This document shows positions 56,097-64,000 of a stretch of DNA of 64,000 nucleotides, piece after piece. Under the pieces are notes generated by a model that saw only the letters and a program-made list of their open reading frames with translations, was not told where the DNA came from and made no database searches. Made by a program: the position numbers and the translations under genes. The stretch comes from an uncultured Gammaproteobacteria bacterium (GTDB lineage: Bacteria; Pseudomonadota; Gammaproteobacteria; Steroidobacterales; Rariloculaceae): positions 657 to 64,656 of the forward strand of contig CAYLKA010000002.1 in assembly GCA_964384125.1 (NCBI GenBank). The letters are read 5' to 3'. Numbering within the stretch: position 1 is the stretch's first letter; each line of letters opens with the position of its first letter.

Positions 56097-57269
56097 ATGC
56101 AGATCCCCTCAGAAATTGAATCCTACAAAGATGAAATGATTCATTTGCGGAGGGACATTCATGCGCACCCAGAACTCGCTTATCAAGAGGAACGGACCGC
56201 CGGGTTGGTAGCCGAATGCTTGGAGCGTTGGGGAGTGGAAGTCGATCGAGGGTTGGGAAAAACTGGTGTTGTAGGTACGTTGTCTAAAGGTAGCGGCCCG
56301 AGCATTGGCCTCCGGGCCGACATGGACGCTTTGCCCATGTATGAGGGGAACACGTTCGAGCACCGGTCTCGCTTTCCGGGCCGCATGCACGCGTGTGGGC
56401 ACGATGGGCACACGACGATGTTGCTGGGTGCGGCACGCTACTTGGCCGAGCACGGCAATTTCAGCGGAACGGTTCGGTTCATTTTTCAGCCTGCGGAGGA
56501 AGCGGCGGGCGGCGCGAAGCGAATGATGGACGAAGGATTGTTTGAGCGGTTTCCAGTGGACGCTGTTTTCGGTATGCACAACTGGCCGGGTTTGGGCGTG
56601 GGGCGTTTCGGCACGTGCACTGGACCGTTGATGGCATCACTCGATTGCTTTGATATTAGGATTGAGGGAAAGGGTACTCATGGCGCTACGCCGCAACGCG
56701 GTGTTGATCCCATCGTTGCATCGACTCAGGTTATCAGTGCTTTTCAGACCATCGGCAGTGGGAATGGTGATCCTCTCGCGCCGGCGGTCGTCAGCGGCAC
56801 GAAGATACATGGTGGGGATGCTCATAACGTTATTCCAGCGCACGTGCAACTGGGCGGCGGTGTTAGGTGCTTCGATCCAGCTGTTCGTGAGATTCTGCAC
56901 CGAAGGATGCGGGAAGTTGTTGAAGGCATATGTGCCAGCCTCGGTGCGTTGGGGACAGTCGAGTTTCTTACGCAGGCTCTAGCGGTGGTGAACTCGCCGG
57001 AGAGCACGACGCTGGCCTCTCGAACAGCTGCCGAGTTGGTCGGTCACGAGAACGTGGCAGCCGACTTCAAGCCCGTGATGGTTTCAGAAGACTTCTCTTA
57101 TATGCTCCAAGACATCCCCGGTTGTTTCGTGTTCATTGGTAACGGGGAGGGCGAAGGTGGCTGTACGATTCACAACCCGGGTTATGATTTTAATGATGAT
57201 GTTTTGACGTTGGGCGCTAGTTATTGGGTGTCACTTGCGCGAAACTTTTTACGGGAGGAGGCAGGTTGA
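56097..57269 (+). CDS. M20D family amidohydrolase (aminoacylase / hippurate hydrolase type)
   Basis: LRRDIHAHPELAYQE, MHACGHDGHT, FIFQPAEE, HNPGYDF. Start set at ATG 56097, with AAAGAGG upstream. Confidence 0.85.
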   Translation: MQIPSEIESYKDEMIHLRRDIHAHPELAYQEERTAGLVAECLERWGVEVDRGLGKTGVVGTLSKGSGPSIGLRADMDALPMYEGNTFEHRSRFPGRMHACGHDGHTTMLLGAARYLAEHGNFSGTVRFIFQPAEEAAGGAKRMMDEGLFERFPVDAVFGMHNWPGLGVGRFGTCTGPLMASLDCFDIRIEGKGTHGATPQRGVDPIVASTQVISAFQTIGSGNGDPLAPAVVSGTKIHGGDAHNVIPAHVQLGGGVRCFDPAVREILHRRMREVVEGICASLGALGTVEFLTQALAVVNSPESTTLASRTAAELVGHENVAADFKPVMVSEDFSYMLQDIPGCFVFIGNGEGEGGCTIHNPGYDFNDDVLTLGASYWVSLARNFLREEAG

Positions 57270-57341
57270 GCTCGCAGTTTCCGAGGCGTATCCTGCGCCT
57301 CCTTTGGTCCGGTACCCCTGTCAGCTAACCCCTGGAAAGCA

Positions 57342-58322
57342 ATGCCCCAATTAGAACGAGTCATTTTTGTTTTTCCTGGCCAGGGTTCTCAGTATCGCGG
57401 TATGGGTTCTGACCTGGTGGAGGAGTTTGAGTGCGCGAGGGAGTGCTTTGGTCTCGCGAGTGAAGTTGTCGGTTACGACATGTCTGAGCTCTGTTTCAAT
57501 GACCCTGAAGAGCTACTTAACCTCACCCGTTTTACTCAGCCTGCGTTGCTGACTCATGAGGTCACATGTCTTGAGGTATTTCGTAGCATGGACACTGATG
57601 GTCGGGTTCGACCTGCGTTGGCAGCCGGACACAGCCTGGGCGAATATGCTGCCTTGGTAGCGGCCGGTGCGCTGAGCTTCGAGGATGCTCTGAGGCTGGT
57701 GACACGAAGAGCAGAGCTCATGAGCGAATTTGGCGAAGGTAGCATGCTGGCAACGACGCTCGATCTGAGCGCCGCAAAAGCGTTAGCGGATAAGCACTTC
57801 TGCGGGATCGGCGGATGCAATCTCTCTCAGCAAACTGTCATCGCTGGGCAGGATGCGGATCTAGATCGTCTCACCGAGGACCTCACCGCGAACTACCCAC
57901 GTAAGAGAGCTGTGCGATTGAAAACGGAGGGTGCGTTTCATACCTATCTGATGGTTGAAGCCGCGCGGAGATTTAGGGAGGTTCTGGAGGATGTTTCGTT
58001 CAGTCCTCTTGGCCTTGACGTTCTGTCGAACTATACGGGTGAAATGCACGCGTCGGACGCTAACGCGATCCGATCGAGGTTATTTTTCCAGTTATTTAAC
58101 CCGGTCCGGTGGGTGGCCTGCATGGATGCGGCGATGGATCGTGATGTTGATACGATAATCGAGTTCGGTGGCGGGATCGGAAAGGCGGATGGGCCAGCCG
58201 ACAAGCGACCTAACTTGGAAGGAATGATCAAGAAGGCGTTAAAGGGACGTCATCATGATGCCGAGTATTTCGGTGCCATCAGTGCTGCAGGCATCCGTTC
58301 TCTAGCCGAGCAGATCCTGTAG
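57342..58322 (+). CDS. ACP S-malonyltransferase family acyltransferase (FabD-like, divergent)
   Basis: FVFPGQGSQYRGMG, the active-site GHSLGEYAAL, and GAFHTYLM. It lies outside any fabH-fabD-fabG-acpP context. Confidence 0.7.
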   Translation: MPQLERVIFVFPGQGSQYRGMGSDLVEEFECARECFGLASEVVGYDMSELCFNDPEELLNLTRFTQPALLTHEVTCLEVFRSMDTDGRVRPALAAGHSLGEYAALVAAGALSFEDALRLVTRRAELMSEFGEGSMLATTLDLSAAKALADKHFCGIGGCNLSQQTVIAGQDADLDRLTEDLTANYPRKRAVRLKTEGAFHTYLMVEAARRFREVLEDVSFSPLGLDVLSNYTGEMHASDANAIRSRLFFQLFNPVRWVACMDAAMDRDVDTIIEFGGGIGKADGPADKRPNLEGMIKKALKGRHHDAEYFGAISAAGIRSLAEQIL

Positions 58323-58357
58323 CTACTTTGTCAGGAGCGCAGGAAGGAACAGAGAGG

Positions 58358-59026
58358 ATGGCGGAACAAAAGGCAACCAATGTCACGTGGCATGAAGGTT
58401 TGGTATCTCGCGATGATCGATGCAAGATTCTTTGTCAAAATGGTGTGACGATTTGGTTTACTGGTTTGTCCGCAAGCGGTAAAAGCACGATTGCAGTAGC
58501 TCTTGAAAAGGCTCTTTTTGGAAGGGGCAAGCTTTCTTATCGACTTGATAGTGATAATGTCCGATTGGGTATCAACAAGGACCTTGGCTTTTCAAAAGAA
58601 GACCGAAAGGAGAACATCCGTCGGGTCGGTGAGATAGCTAAATTGTTCGGGGATGCGGGGATTATTTCCCTTGCGAGCTTTATCAGTCCTTACAAATCCG
58701 ATCGCGACGCAGTACGTCGGTCGCACGAGACGGAAAATCTGACATTCGTTGAAGTGTTTGTTGATTGTCCGCTCAGCGTGGCTGAGAAACGTGATCCAAA
58801 AGGCTTGTATGAGAAGGCCCGTGCCGGTGAGATTAAAAATTTCACTGGTATCGACGATCCTTATGAGGCTCCCGTTGACCCCGAGGTGCATCTGCGCACC
58901 GACGAATTGACCGTCGAAGAGGAAGTCACAGCCATTATGGGGTACCTGGAAATAAATAAGGTAATTGAGGCAAGGCAGCTCATCCGAGCCGATGGCGGTG
59001 ACGATAGCGCGGCTGTTGCTGTCTAG
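58358..59026 (+). CDS. cysC: Adenylyl-sulfate (APS) kinase
   Basis: GVTIWFTGLSASGKSTIA, LDSDNVRLG.NKDLGFS.EDR.ENIRR, FISPY, KGLY.KAR.GEIKNFTGIDDPYE. Start set at ATG 58358, with AGAGAGG upstream. Confidence 0.9.
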   Translation: MAEQKATNVTWHEGLVSRDDRCKILCQNGVTIWFTGLSASGKSTIAVALEKALFGRGKLSYRLDSDNVRLGINKDLGFSKEDRKENIRRVGEIAKLFGDAGIISLASFISPYKSDRDAVRRSHETENLTFVEVFVDCPLSVAEKRDPKGLYEKARAGEIKNFTGIDDPYEAPVDPEVHLRTDELTVEEEVTAIMGYLEINKVIEARQLIRADGGDDSAAVAV

Positions 59027-59284
59027 CCTCTAGACGGTGCGGCCCCTATAGCGTGGGCTTGTTCTTACTTTATTTGGGCTCCGAAGTATTGGTTTAATAG
59101 CGTGTCGCTTCGGCCCAGTTCATGTTGGGTTTTTTGGAAGAGAGCCAGGCGATCACCGTTGAGGGCTTGGGTTGGGGCGATCATCGGCGTACAGTTGGCG
59201 CACACAATTAAGCAGAGATAGCTCATCGAATCCCAGTCACAGCCACGGTCCGGTTCCACCATAGCCCTGTCCATCATCGCCGTC

Positions 59285-60253
59285 GTGGTGGTGATCTACG
59301 GAATGCAATCGGCGAGTGTGATCTTGGTGCCCTTTTTGGTCGCCGTTTTCATTTCGGTGTTATGTGCGCCCATAACACGCTTCTTGGAGCGACTTCGCAT
59401 CCCAATCGGTTTTTCGGTTGCTCTCGTGATTCTCTTGATCATCGGGATTGTGACGCTTGCCGGTACATTCGTTGGAGGTTCACTTGGGGCCTTTAATGAC
59501 AGATTGCCGTTCTATCAGGAACGACTCAATGAAATATTCACAGACCTTGCCGCCGTAGTTGATCAGGAGGTCAGCGTAGCGGGTTTGCTCGATATGATTC
59601 AGCCAGGCGCTGCTATGGGTCTGGCCGCGAATCTGCTCAATTCTCTGCAGGGGCTTTTGGCCAATTTCTTTCTCATCATGTTTACAGTGATATTCATTCT
59701 CCTGGAATCCTCTACGTTGCCAGGCAAGATGCAGCTCGTGCTGAGGGCCTCGCACGGTGATCCTGAGTATTTCAAACGTTTTACCGAGAGCGTTCAGCGA
59801 TATCTCGGAATAAAGACGCTGACGAGTCTCGTGACAGGTGTTCTCGTCGGCCTGCTTACCATGGCTTTCGGCCTCGATTTCCCTGTTCTATGGGGCCTAC
59901 TCGCTTTTCTTTTGAACTATGTCCCGAATATCGGCTCCCTAATCGCTTCGATACCAGCTATCTTGATTGCGCTCATTCAATTCGGACCACTGCAAGCGCT
60001 GATGATTGCGGTCGGCTATTTCGTCATCAACATCACGATCGGTGGAGTCGTAGAGCCACGGGTGATGGGGCGCGGTCTGGGACTCTCAACGTTGGTTGTT
60101 TTTCTGTCGCTGGTCTTCTGGGGATGGATCTTCGGACCCGTAGGTATGCTGCTCTCAGTTCCTTTGACGATGACAGCTAAGTTAGCCTTGGAGTCGAGCG
60201 AGAGTACGGCTTCTGTGGCGCTACTGTTGAGCGCACCAAAACGCGTCAAATAG
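59285..60253 (+). CDS. AI-2E family transporter (TqsA/PerM-like); 5' end uncertain or truncated
   Basis: Strongly collinear with E. coli TqsA from IIVPF onwards (WGLLAFLLNYVPNIGS, EPRVMGRGLGLSTLVVFLSLVFWGWIFGPVGMLLSVPLT). The frame opens only at stop 59219-59221. The first canonical starts are GTG 59285 and ATG 59303, which removes most of the first TM helix. Confidence 0.75.
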   Translation: MVVIYGMQSASVILVPFLVAVFISVLCAPITRFLERLRIPIGFSVALVILLIIGIVTLAGTFVGGSLGAFNDRLPFYQERLNEIFTDLAAVVDQEVSVAGLLDMIQPGAAMGLAANLLNSLQGLLANFFLIMFTVIFILLESSTLPGKMQLVLRASHGDPEYFKRFTESVQRYLGIKTLTSLVTGVLVGLLTMAFGLDFPVLWGLLAFLLNYVPNIGSLIASIPAILIALIQFGPLQALMIAVGYFVINITIGGVVEPRVMGRGLGLSTLVVFLSLVFWGWIFGPVGMLLSVPLTMTAKLALESSESTASVALLLSAPKRVK

Positions 60254-60377
60254 CTGGGTGGGCTCGTGCCGACCGAGCTTCAAGCAGGGCGGTTAGGCAG
60301 AAGCTCGCAACGAATAAGGTCTATGAGAGTTTCGAAGTGGTTCCGGTCGGTCTCGACGGTGGTGAGGTAGCTTTGAG

Positions 60378-60584
60378 ATGAGTCTTCGCGATCAGGTCGA
60401 GCGACTGCTGCCCGGTTGGCAGCGCTGGTACCCCAGTCTTTTCGATGCGGCGCGGGATCTCGGTCTAATCAGGGCGAGAGTTTGTTCTCCGGACAGCCTT
60501 CTACTGACAAAACGCCATGCCAGGGTCCGGCAAGCCGCCGAGGAATCTCACCGGGAAAAATGGGGCGGTAAGAGCTCCGACTAA
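60378..60584 (+). CDS. Hypothetical small protein (weak call)
   Basis: The only ORF of at least 60 aa in a 450-bp gap. A GGTGAGG stretch lies upstream. I recognise no family. Confidence 0.2.
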   Translation: MSLRDQVERLLPGWQRWYPSLFDAARDLGLIRARVCSPDSLLLTKRHARVRQAAEESHREKWGGKSSD

Positions 60585-60700
60585 CCGCTAGTAACAAACG
60601 ACTGTACTCGCGAAAGATCAGTGTCGTAAGCTAGATTTCCCAGCCGACGTATCCAACCTTTCCTAAACTGCGTGCTTGCGGGGTTGGTGCCCTGTGCGGG

Positions 60701-61399
60701 TCAGAGTGGGCGTATTCGGATGTTGCGGAATCGGATGAGACCACCGTTGTTCTGAAAGGCGATCGGCCCATTGGGATGCTCATCGAGTTCCACGTCCGTT
60801 GTGACCGTGCCGTTCACTAGAGCGAGAATGCGGTCACCTTGGGCTGTGATCTCGTAGGTGTTCCACTGCCCCTCAGTCGAGACGCTCGTCATGGGTGGCA
60901 CGTGGTTCACGATTGAGCCTGTGCGGTTGTCAGGGTTCTCGTTGGTATCGAAAATGTTGATCTCGTACCCGTCCTGGGCGTTGATCGCATCGGCGTTGTC
61001 GTTGCGGATGAAGATTCCACTGTTGGCTCCGGAGCCCGGCCAGAACTCGAGTTCCAGGTGGAAGTCTGTGTAGTGGCCCCTCGTTACTAAGAATGATGCG
61101 AGGTAGCCGTCGGCCTCCACGTAATCATCGATAATGTTCCACTCAGCATCACCGACTTCATTTAAGCTGCTGAGATGGTGGCGGGCGATCAGAACTACGC
61201 AATTTTTTTCGCTCAAGAGTGATGCCTGGGTTGTGTTTTGAGGTTCCATGGAGGGCTGCGGGGCCGGGGCTGGGGGCGTCGCGGCAGGTACGGCTGCAGC
61301 CTGAGGTGCGGCTTCCTCGGTCGACACGTCTTGACCCGGTTGACAAGCAGCCAGCGATAGACCCACTAGGCAGGCCAAGGCGGGTGATACGGATTTCAT
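60701..61399 (-). CDS. DUF1080 (3-keto-disaccharide hydrolase-like) lipoprotein
   Basis: Lipobox LSLAAC, a Pro/Ala-rich linker, then a DUF1080 jelly-roll pattern (F.L..EF......NSGI.IR, ...YE.NI.D, GPIAFQNNGGLIRFRNIRIRPL). Start trimmed to ATG 61399, with GGGAG upstream. Confidence 0.75.
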   Translation of the reverse strand: MKSVSPALACLVGLSLAACQPGQDVSTEEAAPQAAAVPAATPPAPAPQPSMEPQNTTQASLLSEKNCVVLIARHHLSSLNEVGDAEWNIIDDYVEADGYLASFLVTRGHYTDFHLELEFWPGSGANSGIFIRNDNADAINAQDGYEINIFDTNENPDNRTGSIVNHVPPMTSVSTEGQWNTYEITAQGDRILALVNGTVTTDVELDEHPNGPIAFQNNGGLIRFRNIRIRPL

Positions 61400-61810
61400 C
61401 TTGAGCTCCCTACTGTTCTTTATTCTATGCGGCTGAATCGGACGCCTAACGGCAAGAATACACGACCCTCCCGATAGAAGGCAGTATTCTCGCAACATCG
61501 CCCTACCGGGAAACGATTGGCTAGAGTTTGTGAGCGGCTTTAGGCCATTAAGGTGTTGCTTGAGATAGGCTGCGTCACTCTTAGGGCGAGGCTCCGGTTG
61601 CGCGGTCCTGTCCACATGCCGAGAAGTTCGGTCCCGACACTGCTGTAAAAGTTTATAGTTGGACTCGTATTTTTGGGTGTCGCTAGGAGAATCCCCTCTA
61701 ACTCTATATTTTTATTGAAAATAAAATTTTTGCTGTTTTTTTGACCAATTTGATCGAATCTCAAACTACGCTGGGCACGAGCTGCTTTCCTTAATGCTTT
61801 CTCCACAGAG

Positions 61811-61831
61811 TTATCCACAGAATCTGTGGAT
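61811..61831. promoter_or_regulatory. Consensus DnaA box (TTATCCACA) inside a 9-1-9 perfect palindrome
   Basis: TTATCCACA at 61811-61819. ATCCACAGA (61813-61821), then A, then TCTGTGGAT (61823-61831). A third TCCACAGA copy lies at 61802-61809. A strongly AT-rich tract (61701-61755) is about 55 bp away. The function is unknown. Confidence 0.35.
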
Positions 61832-61937
61832 TCTTGAGGTGACCTCCAGGTCGAGGGTTCGCCGGAAGATTACCCGCCGCCGCTGGCTATCGATTCCTCC
61901 GGCGAATCGTGAGTCCCTACCCCAGAAAGCTGGCGAA

Positions 61938-63692
61938 TTAGCGGGGATAACGTATGTGCTCGACGAGCTCCTGGACCTTGGCCGGAGGCTCGGCGGTCAG
62001 CCGACTGACAGTGATAGCCACTGCGAAGTTGAGCAACGCACCTATGGTTCCGATACCTTCGGGTGAGACGCCAAACAGCCAGTTTTCCGCCACATCCTCA
62101 GCCCACGGTGAACCAGCCCACCGCAGGAACAAGCCTTTGAAGTACTCGATGTAAGCGTACGTAAAGACAAGTCCGGTCACCATGCCGGCGATGGCACCCT
62201 CTTTATTAACTCGTTTCGAGAATATCCCGAGCAAGATTGGGGGAAAGAGTGACGCCGCTGCCAACCCGAACGCGAAGGCGACCACTTGTGCGACGAAAGC
62301 TGGCGGGTAATAGCCCAAGAATCCCGCGATGACAATGGCGAATGCGGCAGAGATCCGGCCAGCGAGCAACTCTTTGCGTTCGGAGATATGGGGCATCAAT
62401 ACGCCCTTCAATAGGTCGTGCGATACGGCGGCGGAGATGACCAGTAATAGACCCGCTGCGGTCGATAATGCGGCCGCGATACCGCCAGCGGCAACCAGAG
62501 CAATGACCCATGCCGGAAGTGAAGCGATTTCGGGGTTGGCGAGGACCATTATGTCGGGATCCACTCGCAGTTCGTTCCCGTTCCAGCCGTACATTTCCGC
62601 GCTTGCGGTGAACTCTGGGTTCTGGTCGTTGTAATACTGAACGCGCCCGTCGTCGTTGAGGTCATTGAATTCGAGAAGGCCGGTGGCTTCCCATGTTCTA
62701 AACCAGCTGGGTCGCTCTTCGTAGAGCAGATTCGCACTCTCTGCGCCCACAGGCCCCGTCTGAATAGTTTCGGTCAGATTCAGTCTGGCCATCGAGCCAA
62801 CTGCCGGTGCCGTGAGATAGAGCAGACCAATAAAGAATAATGCCCAGCCGGCCGAGTAGCGCGCGTCCCGGACCTTGGGTACGGTAAAGAACCGGACGAT
62901 GACGTGGGGCAGGCCCGCGGTGCCGATCATGAGTGCCGCCGTAATGCAAAAGACGTCCAGCGTACCCTTTGTCCCAGAGGTGTAAGCAGGGAAGCCGAGT
63001 GCGGTCACGACTTGGTCTAGCTTCTGAAGTAGGTAAACCGACTCGCCCTGCACAGTGCTACCGAAAGCGATTTGGGGTATAGGCATCCCCGTGATTTGAA
63101 GGGCGATGAACACGGCGGGTACCGTGTACGCAAAGATTAGGACGCAGTACTGGGCGATCTGCGTGTAGGTGATTCCCTTCATTCCGCCCAGCACCGCGTA
63201 TACGAAGACGATTCCCATGCCGATCACAAGTCCTAGCCCGATGGGAACCTCGAGGAATCTTGAAAAGACGATGCCAACGCCGCGCATCTGGCCCGCGACG
63301 TATGTGAAAGAGATCACGATCAGGCAGACTACGGCTACGATTCGGGCAGCACGCGAGTCGTAGCGCTCGGCGATAAACTCCGGGACCGTGAATTTTCCAA
63401 ACTTACGCAGGTACGGCGCGAGTAGTAAAGCGAGCAGAACATATCCGCCGGTCCATCCCATAAGATAGACCGAGCCGTCATAACCGATAAACGCGATTAG
63501 GCCGGCCATTGATATGAATGATGCGGCGGACATCCAGTCTGCTGCTGTCGCCATGCCGTTGGCTAAAGGATGAACGCCCTTGCCAGCGACGTAGAAGTCA
63601 CCGGTGCTAGAAGCTCTAGACCAGATCGCGATACCGATGTAGAGGACGAAGCTTGCGCCTACTACAAGATAGGTAAGTGTTTGTAGTTCCAT
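61938..63692 (-). CDS. Sodium:solute symporter family protein, VC_2705-type large subunit (ActP-like)
   Basis: 584-aa SSS-family sequence (FYVAGKGVHPLANGMATAADWMSAASFISMAGL, TVPEFIAERY). It is paired with a DUF4212 small subunit 9 nt upstream. Confidence 0.85.
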   Translation of the reverse strand: MELQTLTYLVVGASFVLYIGIAIWSRASSTGDFYVAGKGVHPLANGMATAADWMSAASFISMAGLIAFIGYDGSVYLMGWTGGYVLLALLLAPYLRKFGKFTVPEFIAERYDSRAARIVAVVCLIVISFTYVAGQMRGVGIVFSRFLEVPIGLGLVIGMGIVFVYAVLGGMKGITYTQIAQYCVLIFAYTVPAVFIALQITGMPIPQIAFGSTVQGESVYLLQKLDQVVTALGFPAYTSGTKGTLDVFCITAALMIGTAGLPHVIVRFFTVPKVRDARYSAGWALFFIGLLYLTAPAVGSMARLNLTETIQTGPVGAESANLLYEERPSWFRTWEATGLLEFNDLNDDGRVQYYNDQNPEFTASAEMYGWNGNELRVDPDIMVLANPEIASLPAWVIALVAAGGIAAALSTAAGLLLVISAAVSHDLLKGVLMPHISERKELLAGRISAAFAIVIAGFLGYYPPAFVAQVVAFAFGLAAASLFPPILLGIFSKRVNKEGAIAGMVTGLVFTYAYIEYFKGLFLRWAGSPWAEDVAENWLFGVSPEGIGTIGALLNFAVAITVSRLTAEPPAKVQELVEHIRYPR

Positions 63693-63701
63693 ACCGGTCG
63701 C

Positions 63702-63962
63702 CTAGTCCTCTTCCACGCCATGTTCTCGGTCGAGATGACTCATTCGCCACGCGTAGAAAAAAATCAGTCCGACGAAGCAGACTATTGACCCCTGTTGAGC
63801 AAACCAGAACCCCAGTTCGAAGCCAAAGAACTGAATTTGGTTCAGCCACTCGGCGAGGAGGATGCCGAAGCCGAACGACACCGTGAACCAGACTAAGAGA
63901 CAGCCGGCAACTAGCCTGAGATTCGCCTGCCAATAGCGGCGCTTACTATTGTGGTTTTCCAT
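63702..63962 (-). CDS. DUF4212 small membrane protein (putative solute symporter small subunit)
   Basis: 86-aa, two-TM protein starting ...YWQANLRL... with FFGF.LGFWFAQQGSI. This is the pattern of the small partner of VC_2705-type symporters. Confidence 0.8.
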   Translation of the reverse strand: MENHNSKRRYWQANLRLVAGCLLVWFTVSFGFGILLAEWLNQIQFFGFELGFWFAQQGSIVCFVGLIFFYAWRMSHLDREHGVEED

Positions 63963-64000
63963 GTGAGCTCCAATCGCTGAACTCGCGTAGTCTAAGGACG

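Noticed and set aside
59065-59277. A 70-aa minus-strand ORF (MMDRAMVEPDRGCDWDS...) in the cysC to AI-2E spacer.
   Set aside because: It has no recognisable family and no evident ribosome-binding site, and it overlaps the region that should encode the transporter's N-terminus. It is probably non-coding.
61616-61937. Chromosomal replication origin (oriC), suggested by the consensus DnaA box and the adjacent AT-rich tract.
   Set aside because: There is only one cluster of boxes (one perfect, one or two imperfect) and only one GATC in the region. There are no repeated 13-mer-like units, and the usual oriC neighbours (dnaA, mnmG/mioC, rpmH) are absent. It is kept as a lower-key regulatory finding instead.
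1-64000. CRISPR arrays, tRNA/rRNA genes, IS elements, integrases, toxin-antitoxin or defence-system genes.
   Set aside because: I read through all intergenic spacers and all ORFs of at least 60 aa and found no repeat-spacer structure, cloverleaf-like sequences, transposase or recombinase motifs, or defence-type domains. tRNAscan, Infernal and defence-finder tools would be needed for a formal negative.

Overview
This is a gene-dense 64-kb chromosomal segment, moderately GC-rich by eye. I call about 54 protein-coding genes, one cobalamin riboswitch and one nonsense-interrupted gene. I recognised no rRNA, tRNA, CRISPR array, transposase, integrase or phage genes. Proteins with close E. coli or Pseudomonas counterparts (AvtA, TqsA-like AI-2E transporter, EtfAB/ETF-QO, PurT, VC_2705-type two-subunit Na+/solute symporter) point to a gammaproteobacterium, possibly marine; this is inference only. 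Content from left to right:

- TVP38 and DUF2064 genes, an orphan ferredoxin, a TPR lipoprotein, purT and an SDR.
- A metal-related trio: a MerC-like protein, a ModF-like double ATPase and a DmeF-like CDF exporter.
- A B12-riboswitch-controlled btuF-C-D-B uptake operon.
- A PLP dehydratase followed by a fused indolepyruvate:ferredoxin oxidoreductase-family gene.
- A DksA/TraR-like protein and a MerR-HTH/TPR protein, then an acyl-CoA ligase.
- A compact mevalonate-to-squalene island at 21.9-30.4 kb.
- An NAD-dependent formate dehydrogenase operon, fdsGBAD-X-fdhD, with an FMN 2-hydroxy-acid dehydrogenase embedded in it.
- avtA, etfBA and ETF-QO.
- A secreted NHL propeller protein, a folK-folP fusion and a large secreted zinc metalloprotease.
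- A TerC/YjbE protein, an orphan TRAP binding protein and a TPP enzyme interrupted by one in-frame TAG.
- A + strand run of MBL hydrolase, 2-hydroxyacid dehydrogenase, MFS transporter, M20 amidohydrolase, FabD-like acyltransferase, CysC and AI-2E transporter.
- A DUF1080 lipoprotein, an AT-rich intergenic region carrying a DnaA-box palindrome, and a DUF4212/SSS symporter pair.

The most unusual item is the isoprenoid island. It holds a class II HMG-CoA reductase fused in frame to mevalonate kinase, a eukaryote-style squalene synthase divergent from ispA, and no squalene-consuming enzyme within the window. No defence-type or mobile system is evident. All family assignments rest on motif and pattern recognition without database searches.
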